This document shows, piece by piece, positions 54,747 through 64,000 of a DNA stretch of 64,000 nt. This DNA is from an uncultured Verrucomicrobiae bacterium. Lineage in GTDB: Bacteria; Verrucomicrobiota; Verrucomicrobiia; Chthoniobacterales; UBA10450. The notes below the pieces were generated by a model that was not told where the DNA came from, ran no database searches, and was given only the letters and a program-made list of their open reading frames with translations. The position numbers and the translations under genes are program-made. The stretch is taken from positions 512,001 through 576,000 of the forward strand of contig CAVYXA010000003.1 of NCBI GenBank assembly GCA_963772365.1, read 5' to 3'. Position 1 is the stretch's first letter. Each line of letters starts with the position of its first letter.

Positions 54747-57639
54747 TTACATCTCCTCCACTGGCGGGCACGAGCAGAACAAATTCCGGTCGCCATAGAC
54801 ATTGTCGATCCTGGCGATGGCGGGCCAGAATTTGAAGTCCCGCGTCCACGGCGCGGGAAAAGCGGCTTGCTCGCGCGAATATGGGCGGTCCCATCTATCC
54901 GAGGCGATTTGTTGGGCCGTGTGCGGTGCGTTTTTGAGCAGATTATTTTGTCGATCCTGTCCGCCACCGGACGGACTCGCCGTGGCGAGTTCCCCAGCGA
55001 CCGCTTCCATCTCCGCGTGGATCGAGATCATCGCTTCGCAAAAACGATCTAGCTCCGGTTTCGATTCGCTCTCGGTCGGCTCGATCATCATGGTGCCAGC
55101 TACCGGAAAGGAAATGGTTGGCGCGTGAAAGCCGTAATCCATCAAACGTTTCGCCACATCTTCCACTTCGATTCCGGCATTCTTCCACTGTCGAAGATCG
55201 ACAATGCATTCATGGGCCACGAGTCCGCGTTTGCCTTTGAACAACACCGGGAAATACCGATCGAGCCGTTTGGCTATGTAATTGGCATTTAGAATTGCGA
55301 CTTCGCTGGCCTGCTTCAAACCGTTAGGGCCCATCATTCGAATGTACATCCAGGTAATCGTTAAAATGCTCGCGCTTCCGTACGGAGCGGCCGCCACCGG
55401 ACCGACCGCATGTTTGATGTTTGATGTTTGATGTTTGATGTCCGGAGAGGAGGGAAGAAATGGCGCGAGGTGTTTCGCTACCCCGATCGGACCCATGCCG
55501 GGACCGCCGCCGCCATGGGGAATGCAAAACGTCTTGTGCAAATTCAGATGGCAGACATCGGCGCCGTAATCGCCGGGGCGGCAGAGTCCGACCTGCGCGT
55601 TCATGTTTGCTCCGTCCATATAAACCTGACCACCGTGCGAATGAACGGTCTCGCAAATTTCGCGAATCGTTGGTTCGAATACTCCATGGGTGCTCGGATA
55701 AGTCACCATGAGCGCTGCCAAATCGCGCGCATGCTGGTCGGCCTTGGCCCGGAGATCGGCAAGATCGACATCGCCATCCTTCAAACAGGCAACCGGAACA
55801 ACCTTGAATCCGGCCATGACGGCACTGGCCGGATTGGTTCCATGCGCTGAAGTCGGAATCAGACAAACGTCGCGGTGTCGCTCGTTGCGGGACGCGTGAT
55901 ATTCCCGGATGGCGAGCAGACCGGCATACTCACCTTGTGATCCCGCATTAGGCTGCAACGAAACCGCCGCAAAACCCGTGATTTCAGCCAGCCATTGCTC
56001 GAGTTGCTCGCACATTTCCAGGTAACCGCGCGTTTGATCGGCTGGCGCGAACGGATGGAGCTTCGCGAATTCGGGCCATGAAATCGGGAACATCTCGGCC
56101 GTGGCGTTCAGTTTCATCGTGCACGAGCCGAGCGGGATCATGGAATGACAAAGCGACAAATCCCGTGACTCCAGTTTGCGCAGGTAACGCAGCATTTCCG
56201 TCTCCGTGTCATGCGTGTTGAAAATCGGGTGAGTGAGGAAATCGGAGGTGCGGATCACCGATTGCGGAATACGAATTGGCGGTTCAGCGAGATTCTGATC
56301 CGCAAAATCTTGAACGTGCGTGCCCCGGAAGATCGACATCAACAATTCGATCTCGCGAGCGGTCGTCGTCTCATCGAATGAAACGGCGACTGCACGAGGG
56401 CCGAGCGCGCGCAGATTGCAATTGGCTTTTGCGGCATGCTCCAAAATCACGGCGCTCGATTCGACTTCAATCCGGATGGTGTCGAAGAAATTTTCGTGCG
56501 TGATGTTTAGTCCGAGCGATCTCAAGCCGTCGGCGAATTGGCTTGTCAGTCGATGAATGCGTTCAGCAATTGCCCGCAGACCGCGCGGCCCGTGATAAAC
56601 CGCATACATCGCCAGCCATCACCGCTAGAAGAACCTGAGCGGTGCAAATATTGCTGGTCGCTTTGTCGCGTCGGATATGTTGCTCACGAGTTTGCAATGC
56701 CAATCGATAGGCCGGGCGTCCCTCGACATCATGCGAAACGCCAACGAGGCGGCCAGGCATATGTCGCTTGTATTGGTCGCGCGTGGCGAAAAATGCCGCA
56801 TGTGGACCGCCAAATCCGAGCGGGACGCCAAAGCGCTGGGTGTTTCCGACCGCGACGTCAGCTCCAAATTCTCCCGGCGGCTTCAACAAAGTGAGCGCAA
56901 GAATATCCGCCGCCACGACAACGAGCGCGCCGGCGTCATGAGCTTGCCGAGCAAATTCTGTGTAATCATAAATGGCGCCGTCCGTCGCGGGATATTGGAC
57001 CAGGGCGCCAAAGACCGTCTGGTCGAATTTGAAGCGCGAAAAATTGTCGATCTTGATTTCGATGCCGAGCGGTTTCGCGCGAGTTTGGATAACAGCAATG
57101 GTTTGAGGGTGGCAATCCTCCGCGACAAAAAATGTTTTTCGATCCGGTGTCACAGCGTGACAAAGCGCCATTGCCTCGGCTGCGGCGGTGGCTTCGTCGA
57201 GGAGCGACGCATTCGCGATGTCGAGCGCGGTCAAATCCATGATCATTTGCTGGAAAACGAGCAGCGCTTCCAACCGGCCCTGGGCGATCTCGGCCTGATA
57301 CGGCGTGTAAGCCGTGTACCAACCGGGGTTTTCGAGAATATTCCGCTGGATGACCGGCGGCGTGATACAATCGGAGTAACCGGCGCCGATGAATGAGCGA
57401 GCAAGTTTGTTTTTCTTCGAGATTGCGCACAGCTCCTCCAGCGCTTCCGTTTCAGATTTCGCCTCCGGCAGATTCAGCTCACGAGCGAGCCGGATATTTT
57501 TCGGGACCGTCGATTCAATGAGCGCGTCAAGGTCGGCAAACCCAACCTCGCCGAGCATCGAGCGAACTTCATCCTCCTTCGGTCCGATGTGGCGCCGCGC
57601 GAAAGAATCGATGTCGATCTTACTTTCGCGCGTTTGCAT
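54747..57639 (-). CDS. gcvP: Glycine dehydrogenase (glycine cleavage P protein), frameshift near 56612
   Basis: [60 protein letters not shown]. Confidence 0.96.
54958..54989. repeat. Palindromic element, family A, in frame in gcvP
   Basis: TGTCCGCCACCGGACGGACTCGCCGTGGCGAG. Confidence 0.9.
55410..55441. repeat. Perfect heptamer tandem repeat (ATGTTTG)x4 in gcvP
   Basis: Read directly from the sequence; encodes [11 protein letters not shown]. Confidence 0.9.
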
Positions 57640-57736
57640 AGCTGATGCTACGGAAAGGCGCAGCGCATTCAAGCACGTGACAGAGCCAAAACAATTCCCG
57701 CGTGACAAAACCCGCAATTTGGGGCATAAAGGGCGG

Positions 57737-58465
57737 ATGTTTCGCTTTTCGACGGCGGTTCTTACGCTGTTTTTGTGCGCCACTACCCTTCGCGCTAATC
57801 CTTTTCAGAATGATCGGATCATCGTGAGCATTCGCGATCAGAAATTGATGCTGGTCCAAGACGGAGGTCGAATCGCAACTTATCCGGTTTCCACATCCAA
57901 GTTCGGTATCGGCGACAATCTCGGCAGAATGACCACGCCACTTGGATTCTTGCAGGTCGCCCAAAAGATTGGGGGTAAAGCACCGTCTGGCGCGGTTTTT
58001 CACAATCGACGCTGGACTGGAGAAGTCCTTCGCCCGAATGCGCCGGGACGCGATCCGATCGTAACGAGGATCATTTGGTTGCGTGGTTTGGAGGCGGCGA
58101 ATGCGCATGCTTATAGCCGCTGCATTTACATTCACGGGACGCCGCAGGAGCAAATGATCGGGCGGCCGGCCAGTTACGGTTGTATCCGGATGCGTTCGAG
58201 CGATGTAGAGGCTCTGTATAATCAGGTCTCCATCGGCACGCTTGTGCAAATCATTCCGGATCGATTGCCGAAACTTCGCAAAGGATCGCCTCAATCGACT
58301 ACCTTGATGGCTAGCGTCAACAAGACGGCTCCAGCGGCTGCGGAAGCCTGGGCGGCATCGGCGGTTGTTCCAAAGAAAGTTGCTCCCGAGTCGAAAGGTG
58401 TGGTTGTTACTTTGGCGGTGTTAGCTTCCGCGCCCACGCATTTGCGTTCTGCAACTGGAGAGTAA
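57737..58465 (+). CDS. L,D-transpeptidase (YkuD family)
   Basis: Signal peptide, [28 protein letters not shown]. Confidence 0.88.
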   Translation: MFRFSTAVLTLFLCATTLRANPFQNDRIIVSIRDQKLMLVQDGGRIATYPVSTSKFGIGDNLGRMTTPLGFLQVAQKIGGKAPSGAVFHNRRWTGEVLRPNAPGRDPIVTRIIWLRGLEAANAHAYSRCIYIHGTPQEQMIGRPASYGCIRMRSSDVEALYNQVSIGTLVQIIPDRLPKLRKGSPQSTTLMASVNKTAPAAAEAWAASAVVPKKVAPESKGVVVTLAVLASAPTHLRSATGE

Positions 58466-58476
58466 ATCTTCGTTGC

Positions 58477-58725
58477 ATGGCCAACACGAAATCCGCAGCG
58501 AAACGGTCTCGGCAGACGGCTCGACGTTCCTCACACAATCGCGCCGTTCTGAGCCGGATTCGCACAGTTCAAAAACGAGCATCGACAGGCGACAAACCTG
58601 ATCCTGCGCAGATTCGCAACGCAATCTCGCAGATCGACAAAGCAGCCAAGAGCGGAGTGATTCATCGCAACGCCGCCATTCGACGCAAGGCGCGTCTGGC
58701 TAAGATTTTGGCCGCGAGCAAATAA
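58477..58725 (+). CDS. rpsT: 30S ribosomal protein S20
   Basis: MANTKSAAKR, IDKAAK.GVIHRN.A.R.K.RL. Confidence 0.95.
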   Translation: MANTKSAAKRSRQTARRSSHNRAVLSRIRTVQKRASTGDKPDPAQIRNAISQIDKAAKSGVIHRNAAIRRKARLAKILAASK

Positions 58726-58779
58726 GCAGGGTTACACCTTCCTCTTGGCAGATTGCCGGGGACGGATAATATCTTGGGA

Positions 58780-59367
58780 ATGATTCCCGCGATTTTGCTC
58801 ATTTTTTCGGCTGTCGCTTACCGTGTGGCGACGGCGCTTCTGATTACGTCGGGCACAGGCTGGCTGTCGAACTTCGCTCCGATGGCCGCGATTGCGCTTT
58901 GCGCCGCGGCGTATTTGCCGCCGAAATTCAAGTTCAGTGTGCCGCTCGTCGCACTGTTCGCTTCCGATGCAATCCTCAATTCTCATTACGGTTTCCCAAT
59001 TTTCGATCCGAGGGTTGTTTCTCACTATCTTGGATTTGTAGTGGTCGGACTTATCGGGTGGGCATTACGAAATCGCGCCTCGTCGAAGACGCTGCTGCCG
59101 GCATCAATTATAGGATCGACAATCTTTTACGTGATCACGAATATATTCTCCTGGTTCACTGATCCCGGTTACGCGAAAAATTTTGCCGGGTTGATTCAAT
59201 CCCTCACGGTTGGCCTGCCGCAATATAGTGCCACGCCGAGCTGGATGTTTTTCCGCAACTCTCTTTTGAGTGATCTCTTCTTTACGCTGTTGTTTGTTTT
59301 CTTCATGAGCTTTGGCCGAAATCGATCGACGCCCCAGGCGGCCGCGGCCTTGCCACGCGCCGCATAG
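58780..59367 (+). CDS. DUF6580-like putative membrane transport protein
   Basis: NFAPMAAIAL, FYVITN, GLP...FFRNSLLSDLFF. Confidence 0.75.
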   Translation: MIPAILLIFSAVAYRVATALLITSGTGWLSNFAPMAAIALCAAAYLPPKFKFSVPLVALFASDAILNSHYGFPIFDPRVVSHYLGFVVVGLIGWALRNRASSKTLLPASIIGSTIFYVITNIFSWFTDPGYAKNFAGLIQSLTVGLPQYSATPSWMFFRNSLLSDLFFTLLFVFFMSFGRNRSTPQAAAALPRAA

Positions 59368-59374
59368 ATCTCCA

Positions 59375-60352
59375 ATGCAGCAGCCCGAGCAACGCGACGA
59401 GGTCGAGATGCTCGCGCTGATGTTATTGATTCGCCGTTTTGAAGAACGCGCGAGCCAGCAATATCAAGCGCAGAAGATCGGCGGTTTTTGCCATCTTTAT
59501 ATCGGGCAGGAAGCGGTTGTGATGGGAGCGGTCGCCGCAGTGCGCGACGATGATTACATCATCACCGCTTATCGGGATCATGCGCATGCTCTCGCTCGTG
59601 GCACCAGCGCCAACGCCTGCATGGCCGAACTTTTTGGAAAGGAGACGGGCTGCTCGCGCGGTCTTGGCGGATCGATGCATTTTTTCGACAAGGCGAATCA
59701 TTTCTACGGCGGGCACGCGATCGTAGGTGCGCATGTGCCATTGGCAGCGGGGATGGCTTTTGCGTCGAAATATCGCTGCGAAGATCGCGTGACGCTCTGT
59801 TTCTTTGGAGATGGCGCGATCAACCAAGGTTCATTTCACGAAGCGCTGAATCTGATTGCGCTCTACAAATTGCCCGTGGTGCTGATTTGCGAGAACAACC
59901 TCTTCGCAATGGGCACATCGGTCAAAAGATCGACATCGCTTAAACAGATCGTTGATCGCGCGGAGGGTTACGATATTCCGGGCGAGATTGTCGATGGAAT
60001 GAACTTTCGCGAAGTGCGCGACAAACTTGCCGAGATCGTTTCCTCGATTCGCAAGGAGCCTCATCCGGCTTTCGTGGAAGCGCGCACATATCGCTATCGC
60101 GGACATTCGATGTCGGATCCGGCGAGCTACCGCACAAAGGAGGAGTTGGAAAAGTATCGATTGGACGATCCAATTACGCGCCTGCGGGCGCAGCTGACGC
60201 GCGAAGGCAAATTGACCAACGAAGAGTTCGACAGGATCGACAAGAAAGCCAAGGAGACAGTGCTCGCCTCGGTGAAATTCGCCGAGCAAAGTGCGGAGCT
60301 GCCGGTCGAAAAGGTTTTCGATTATGCCTACTTCGACGGCGAAGAAAAATGA
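59375..60352 (+). CDS. pdhA: Pyruvate dehydrogenase E1 alpha
   Basis: GFCHLYIGQEA, GDGA..QG, YRYRGHSMSDP. Confidence 0.95.
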   Translation: MQQPEQRDEVEMLALMLLIRRFEERASQQYQAQKIGGFCHLYIGQEAVVMGAVAAVRDDDYIITAYRDHAHALARGTSANACMAELFGKETGCSRGLGGSMHFFDKANHFYGGHAIVGAHVPLAAGMAFASKYRCEDRVTLCFFGDGAINQGSFHEALNLIALYKLPVVLICENNLFAMGTSVKRSTSLKQIVDRAEGYDIPGEIVDGMNFREVRDKLAEIVSSIRKEPHPAFVEARTYRYRGHSMSDPASYRTKEELEKYRLDDPITRLRAQLTREGKLTNEEFDRIDKKAKETVLASVKFAEQSAELPVEKVFDYAYFDGEEK

Positions 60353-61332
60353 GGGAAATCACATATCGTCAGGCGTTGAATGAAGCGCTCGCCGAAGAGC
60401 TCGAGCGCGATCCCAATGTCTTTCTGATGGGCGAAGAAGTGGCCGAATATCACGGCGCTTACAAAGTCAGCCAAGGTTTGCTGGAACGGTTTGGAGCTAA
60501 CCGCATCATCGACACCCCGATTAGCGAAAACGGATTCGCCGGTTTGGGGATCGGTGCGGCCATGGTTGGGCTCCGGCCAGTGATCGAGTTTATGACATTC
60601 AGCTTTTCGTTAGTCGCGTTCGATCAGGTCGTGAACAATGCGCCGAATATGTTCATGATGTCGGGCGGACAATTCAATATCCCGATCACGTTTCGTGGCC
60701 CAAACGGCCCGGCCCACCAACTCGCAGCCACGCATTCGCACGCGACCGAGAATTTTTTTGCAAGCGTGCCCGGCTTGAAAGTATGCACGCCGGCGACACC
60801 GCGCGACGCCAAGGGTCTCCTCAAGACCGCGATTCGTGATGATAATCCCGTGCTCGTTCTCGAAGCTGAGCTTCTTTACAGCTCCAAGGGGATGGTCGAG
60901 CCGCCGGATGAAGAGTTACTCATTCCGCTGGGCCAGGCGGAGATCAAGCGTGAAGGCAGCGATGTCTCGCTTATTTGTTATGCCCAAACAGTTCATCTGG
61001 CCATTGCCGTGGCGGTTCAGCTCGAAGAGGAAGATATTTCCGCTGAAATTGTCGATCTTCGGTCGATCAAACCGCTCGATGAACAGACGATTTACAATTC
61101 TATTTCCAAAACCCATCGAGCCGTGATCGTCGAGCAGGATCGGCCATTTTGCGGTGTGGGCGCCGAAATTTCTTATCGGATCCAAAAAAACATCTTTGAT
61201 GAGCTCGACGCTCCCATCATGCGCGTATCACAAGAAGATGTGCCGATCCCTTACAACGAGCGCCTGGAAAAATTCGTTTTGCCGAATGCCGATAAATTGA
61301 TGTCCGCAGTGAAGAAGGTCTGTTATGCGTGA
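60349..61332 (+). CDS. pdhB: Pyruvate dehydrogenase E1 beta
   Basis: GEEV..Y.GAYKV, DTPISE, FRGPNG. Confidence 0.95.
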   Translation: MREITYRQALNEALAEELERDPNVFLMGEEVAEYHGAYKVSQGLLERFGANRIIDTPISENGFAGLGIGAAMVGLRPVIEFMTFSFSLVAFDQVVNNAPNMFMMSGGQFNIPITFRGPNGPAHQLAATHSHATENFFASVPGLKVCTPATPRDAKGLLKTAIRDDNPVLVLEAELLYSSKGMVEPPDEELLIPLGQAEIKREGSDVSLICYAQTVHLAIAVAVQLEEEDISAEIVDLRSIKPLDEQTIYNSISKTHRAVIVEQDRPFCGVGAEISYRIQKNIFDELDAPIMRVSQEDVPIPYNERLEKFVLPNADKLMSAVKKVCYA

Positions 61333-61336
61333 AGCA

Positions 61337-61407
61337 TTGAAAGGGTTACATGGTTGAAAAGTTGAATGGGGTTCCTTTTTAACCGTTCAACTCTTTAACG
61401 ATTTAAC
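61337..61407. repeat. Inverted arrays of degenerate octamers between pdhB and pdhC
   Basis: GTTACATG GTTGAAAA GTTGAATG ... TTTTTAAC CGTTCAAC TCTTTAAC GATTTAAC. Confidence 0.6.
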
Positions 61408-61416
61408 TTTCCTGCC

Positions 61417-62739
61417 ATGCCTGAAATTCAAATGCCCAAGCTGAGCGACACGATGACGGAGGGCACTCTCGTTTCGTGGAAGAAAAAGAAGGGCGACAAA
61501 GTTTCAGCGGGTGAAGTGCTGGCCGAGATCGAAACCGACAAGGCGACGATGGAATGGGAATCGCCCGATGACGGCACGCTAACGGAAATCTATGTCGAGG
61601 AAGGCGGTAAGGTGAACGTCGGTGACAAGCTCGCCTTCATTCGTGAAGAAGGTGAAGAGGCGCCAAAGGAAAAGCCGGAAACGGAAGCCAAAGCCGAACC
61701 GAAAAAAGAAAAGCAAACTCAGAAGGAGACGGAGAAACCCGCACCGGCGGCGAAGATAGAAAAAGAAACCGCTCCGCCACAAGAGACAAAAGAAAAAGAA
61801 AAAAGCGCTGAACCGAAAAAGAAAGCTGCACCTGCCCCGCAGCCGAAGATCGATAGGGAGGAAGCGCGAGTGAAAGCCTCGCCGGTGGCGCGTCGTATTG
61901 CAGCCGAGCTCGGAGTGGATCTCGGTTCTGTGAAAGGCACGGGGCCGGAAGGTCGCGTGACTGAGACGGATGTCCGCGCGGCGGGGAAAAGCCGGACCGC
62001 TTACGCAGAGCCGCGATCAGCGCCCGCGGCTACCGCAAAGTCGGGTGAAGGCGCGCGGATTCAACTTTCGGGAATGCGCAAGATTATTGCGCAGCGTTTG
62101 AGTGAGAGTCTCGGACCGGTCCCGCATTTTTATCTCAGCATCGACATCAATGCCGGTCCGCTCATGGCCGCTCGTGAAGAATTGAAAGCGGCTGGAGAAG
62201 AAAACGACGCATCGAAAATTACAGTTAACGATTTCGTCCTCAAAGCAGCGGTCATGGCAGCGGTAGAAGTTCCCCGGGTCAACGCCTCCTTCGATGGGGA
62301 CGCTTTTGTGCAATATGCGGATGTCGATCTTGGGATCGCAGTGGCGATTGAGGAGGGACTGCTCACGCCCGTGATTCGCTCCGCCCAAAACAAATCACTG
62401 CGCGAAATCAGCGCGCTGGCAAAAGATCTCGCAGGTCGCGCTCGCAACAAGCGGATGAAACCGGAGGAATTTCAGGGTGGGACGTTCACCGTCTCCAATC
62501 TCGGGGGAATGGGGATCGACAGTTTCTCGGCAGTGATTAACCCGCCGCAGGGTTTCATCCTGGCCGTTGGCAAAATTACGAAAGTCCCGGTTGTGGACGA
62601 TTGCGACCAAATCATTGTTGGCCATCGAATGTCGATCACGATGAGTTGCGATCATCGGGTCATCGATGGCGCGCTCGGCGCGGAATATCTGAAAGAACTT
62701 CGCCGGCTGCTCGAGAATCCAGCGCTGCTGATGGTGTGA
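61417..62739 (+). CDS. pdhC: Pyruvate dehydrogenase E2 dihydrolipoamide acetyltransferase
   Basis: One lipoyl domain (ETDKA), ASP.ARR E3-binding domain, DHRVIDG. Confidence 0.95.
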   Translation: MPEIQMPKLSDTMTEGTLVSWKKKKGDKVSAGEVLAEIETDKATMEWESPDDGTLTEIYVEEGGKVNVGDKLAFIREEGEEAPKEKPETEAKAEPKKEKQTQKETEKPAPAAKIEKETAPPQETKEKEKSAEPKKKAAPAPQPKIDREEARVKASPVARRIAAELGVDLGSVKGTGPEGRVTETDVRAAGKSRTAYAEPRSAPAATAKSGEGARIQLSGMRKIIAQRLSESLGPVPHFYLSIDINAGPLMAAREELKAAGEENDASKITVNDFVLKAAVMAAVEVPRVNASFDGDAFVQYADVDLGIAVAIEEGLLTPVIRSAQNKSLREISALAKDLAGRARNKRMKPEEFQGGTFTVSNLGGMGIDSFSAVINPPQGFILAVGKITKVPVVDDCDQIIVGHRMSITMSCDHRVIDGALGAEYLKELRRLLENPALLMV

Positions 62740-62741
62740 AG

Positions 62742-63209
62742 CTAATCGCCGCAGGTTTCCCAAATCATGAAATCGTCCAGCGCGCGTTTTGTGCTGAGAA
62801 CCGCAAACTCGACCACGGCGGCGTCATCGACGAAGCCGAGAAATGGGACTTCATCGGGAATGAGATCGAATGGATCCATCAAGTAGTTCAGAGCAGCGAT
62901 GATCGGTAGGAGCGCGTTTTCGGAGGCGCCGCTGTATTGGTTGCGATAATAGGCCTTGGTGAAACGCAGCATGGTTTGGAGATACGCCCAGTTCTCGCCA
63001 AACGGCTCTTTCGGCACCGAGGCGGCTTTTTTCGCAGCCTCCTCGACAAGCCGGTGCAAGCGGTCACGGTCATTGACGAACAAGTGTGCCCGCTGCACCG
63101 CACGGGCGAAGGCGTCGCTTCGGAGCGCCGCTTTGGCATGACCCAGTTCTGTTCGAGTCCGCTGTGCAGCTCGCTTTGGCTTGGGCAACTTCTTTTTCGC
63201 ACTCTTCAT
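62742..63209 (-). CDS. YkvA/DUF1232-family protein
   Basis: Y...PFDLIPD..P.LGFVDD. Confidence 0.85.
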   Translation of the reverse strand: MKSAKKKLPKPKRAAQRTRTELGHAKAALRSDAFARAVQRAHLFVNDRDRLHRLVEEAAKKAASVPKEPFGENWAYLQTMLRFTKAYYRNQYSGASENALLPIIAALNYLMDPFDLIPDEVPFLGFVDDAAVVEFAVLSTKRALDDFMIWETCGD

Positions 63210-63263
63210 CGTGGTTTATGAAAACATGTCGATCCACCGGTGAAAAGCCGATTGTGACGGGAT

Positions 63264-63367
63264 CCGGCAAGCGGAGCGCTTGCCCTACAATGATCGTGAC
63301 TCGCGCGAGGTCATTTTGGGTCAGTGGAATATGTTGGAATTGTAGGGCAGGCGCATCGCCTGCCCGG
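63264..63367. repeat. Two GTAG-type REP-like hairpins in back-to-back orientation
   Basis: GGCAAGCGGAGCGCTTGCCCTACAA and TTGTAGGGCAGGCGCATCGCCTGCCC. Confidence 0.75.
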
Positions 63368-63400
63368 CGGGCTGATTCAAAACTGCTGGAAAATGTGTCG

Positions 63401-64000
63401 CTATGGTTTTGTTGCCAAAACCAGCGGCGAGGGACCAGGGGCTTTGAGTTTGCGAACTTTTTTGAAACCCGCTTGTTCGAGCCAGCTCTTGATCTCGTTG
63501 AAACTGAATGTGTCGCCCCGCTCGCTGTGCATCAGCATGTTAACCGCAAACAGTAATCCATTCGGCGGGCCGGTGCGGTCGTCTTTGACCAGCCATTCTC
63601 CTATCGCGATTGTTCCGCCGGATTTTAGCGCCCGGAAAACTTTCTTTAACAATTTGGGGCTGCGTTCTTCGCCTTCAGTGTGAAGGATGTGGCCTAACGT
63701 CGCAACATCGTAGCCACTACCGAAATCGGCTTCGGACACATCGCCCTCGATGTAATCAAAGCGATTCGCGACCCCGAACTTCTGAGTGATACGTTTCGTC
63801 GTCGGAATCATTGCCGCCCAGTCCTGGGCCGTAACGCGAACCTGTTGCGATTGCTGGGCCAAGGCGATTCCCCAAATCCCGGAGCCAGCTGCAATATCGA
63901 GCACGCGTATCGGCCTGTGCGCTTTTTTCAAACCGAGCGAATCTCCCAGTGCCGCAGCTGCCGGATAGCTCATGGGAATGATGTTTTCCACCAGCGCGGA
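63401..64000 (-). CDS. SAM-dependent O-methyltransferase family protein; 5' end outside the window
   Basis: VLDIAAGSG, YD...LGHILH, ALKSGG, W..AGF. Confidence 0.85.
   Translation of the reverse strand, partial: SALVENIIPMSYPAAAALGDSLGLKKAHRPIRVLDIAAGSGIWGIALAQQSQQVRVTAQDWAAMIPTTKRITQKFGVANRFDYIEGDVSEADFGSGYDVATLGHILHTEGEERSPKLLKKVFRALKSGGTIAIGEWLVKDDRTGPPNGLLFAVNMLMHSERGDTFSFNEIKSWLEQAGFKKVRKLKAPGPSPLVLATKP

Overview
A gene-dense bacterial chromosomal segment. Gene content suggests Verrucomicrobiota, possibly Chthoniobacterales-like (inference only). Many genes carry single-base frameshifts clustered at about 0.5-11 kb, 23-29.5 kb, 45.8-52.2 kb and 56.6 kb; these look like uncorrected sequencing indels, not pseudogenes. 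Contents: housekeeping genes (ftsH, ligA, kinase-murQ fusion, degP, kamA, ClC channel, dinB, gcvP, rpsT, pdhABC), an alternative complex III (ACIII, actA-F) operon continued by CcoN/CcoO-like genes and a cytochrome c, a type I restriction-modification/toxin-antitoxin island, and an A-family cytochrome c oxidase operon with ctaA/ctaB/SCO. Two things stand out. (1) The ACIII-linked CcoN-like subunit has lost all three CuB histidines and the high-spin heme histidine but keeps the low-spin heme ligands, so it is probably not an oxidase. (2) Several families of short palindromic REP/REPIN-like elements sit in frame inside conserved proteins (LigA, GcvP, HsdM, an FAD/Fe-S oxidoreductase), read in different frames, and at operon junctions they are often spanned by short ORFs coupled to the upstream stop codon. 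No rRNA, tRNA, CRISPR array or transposase was recognised.
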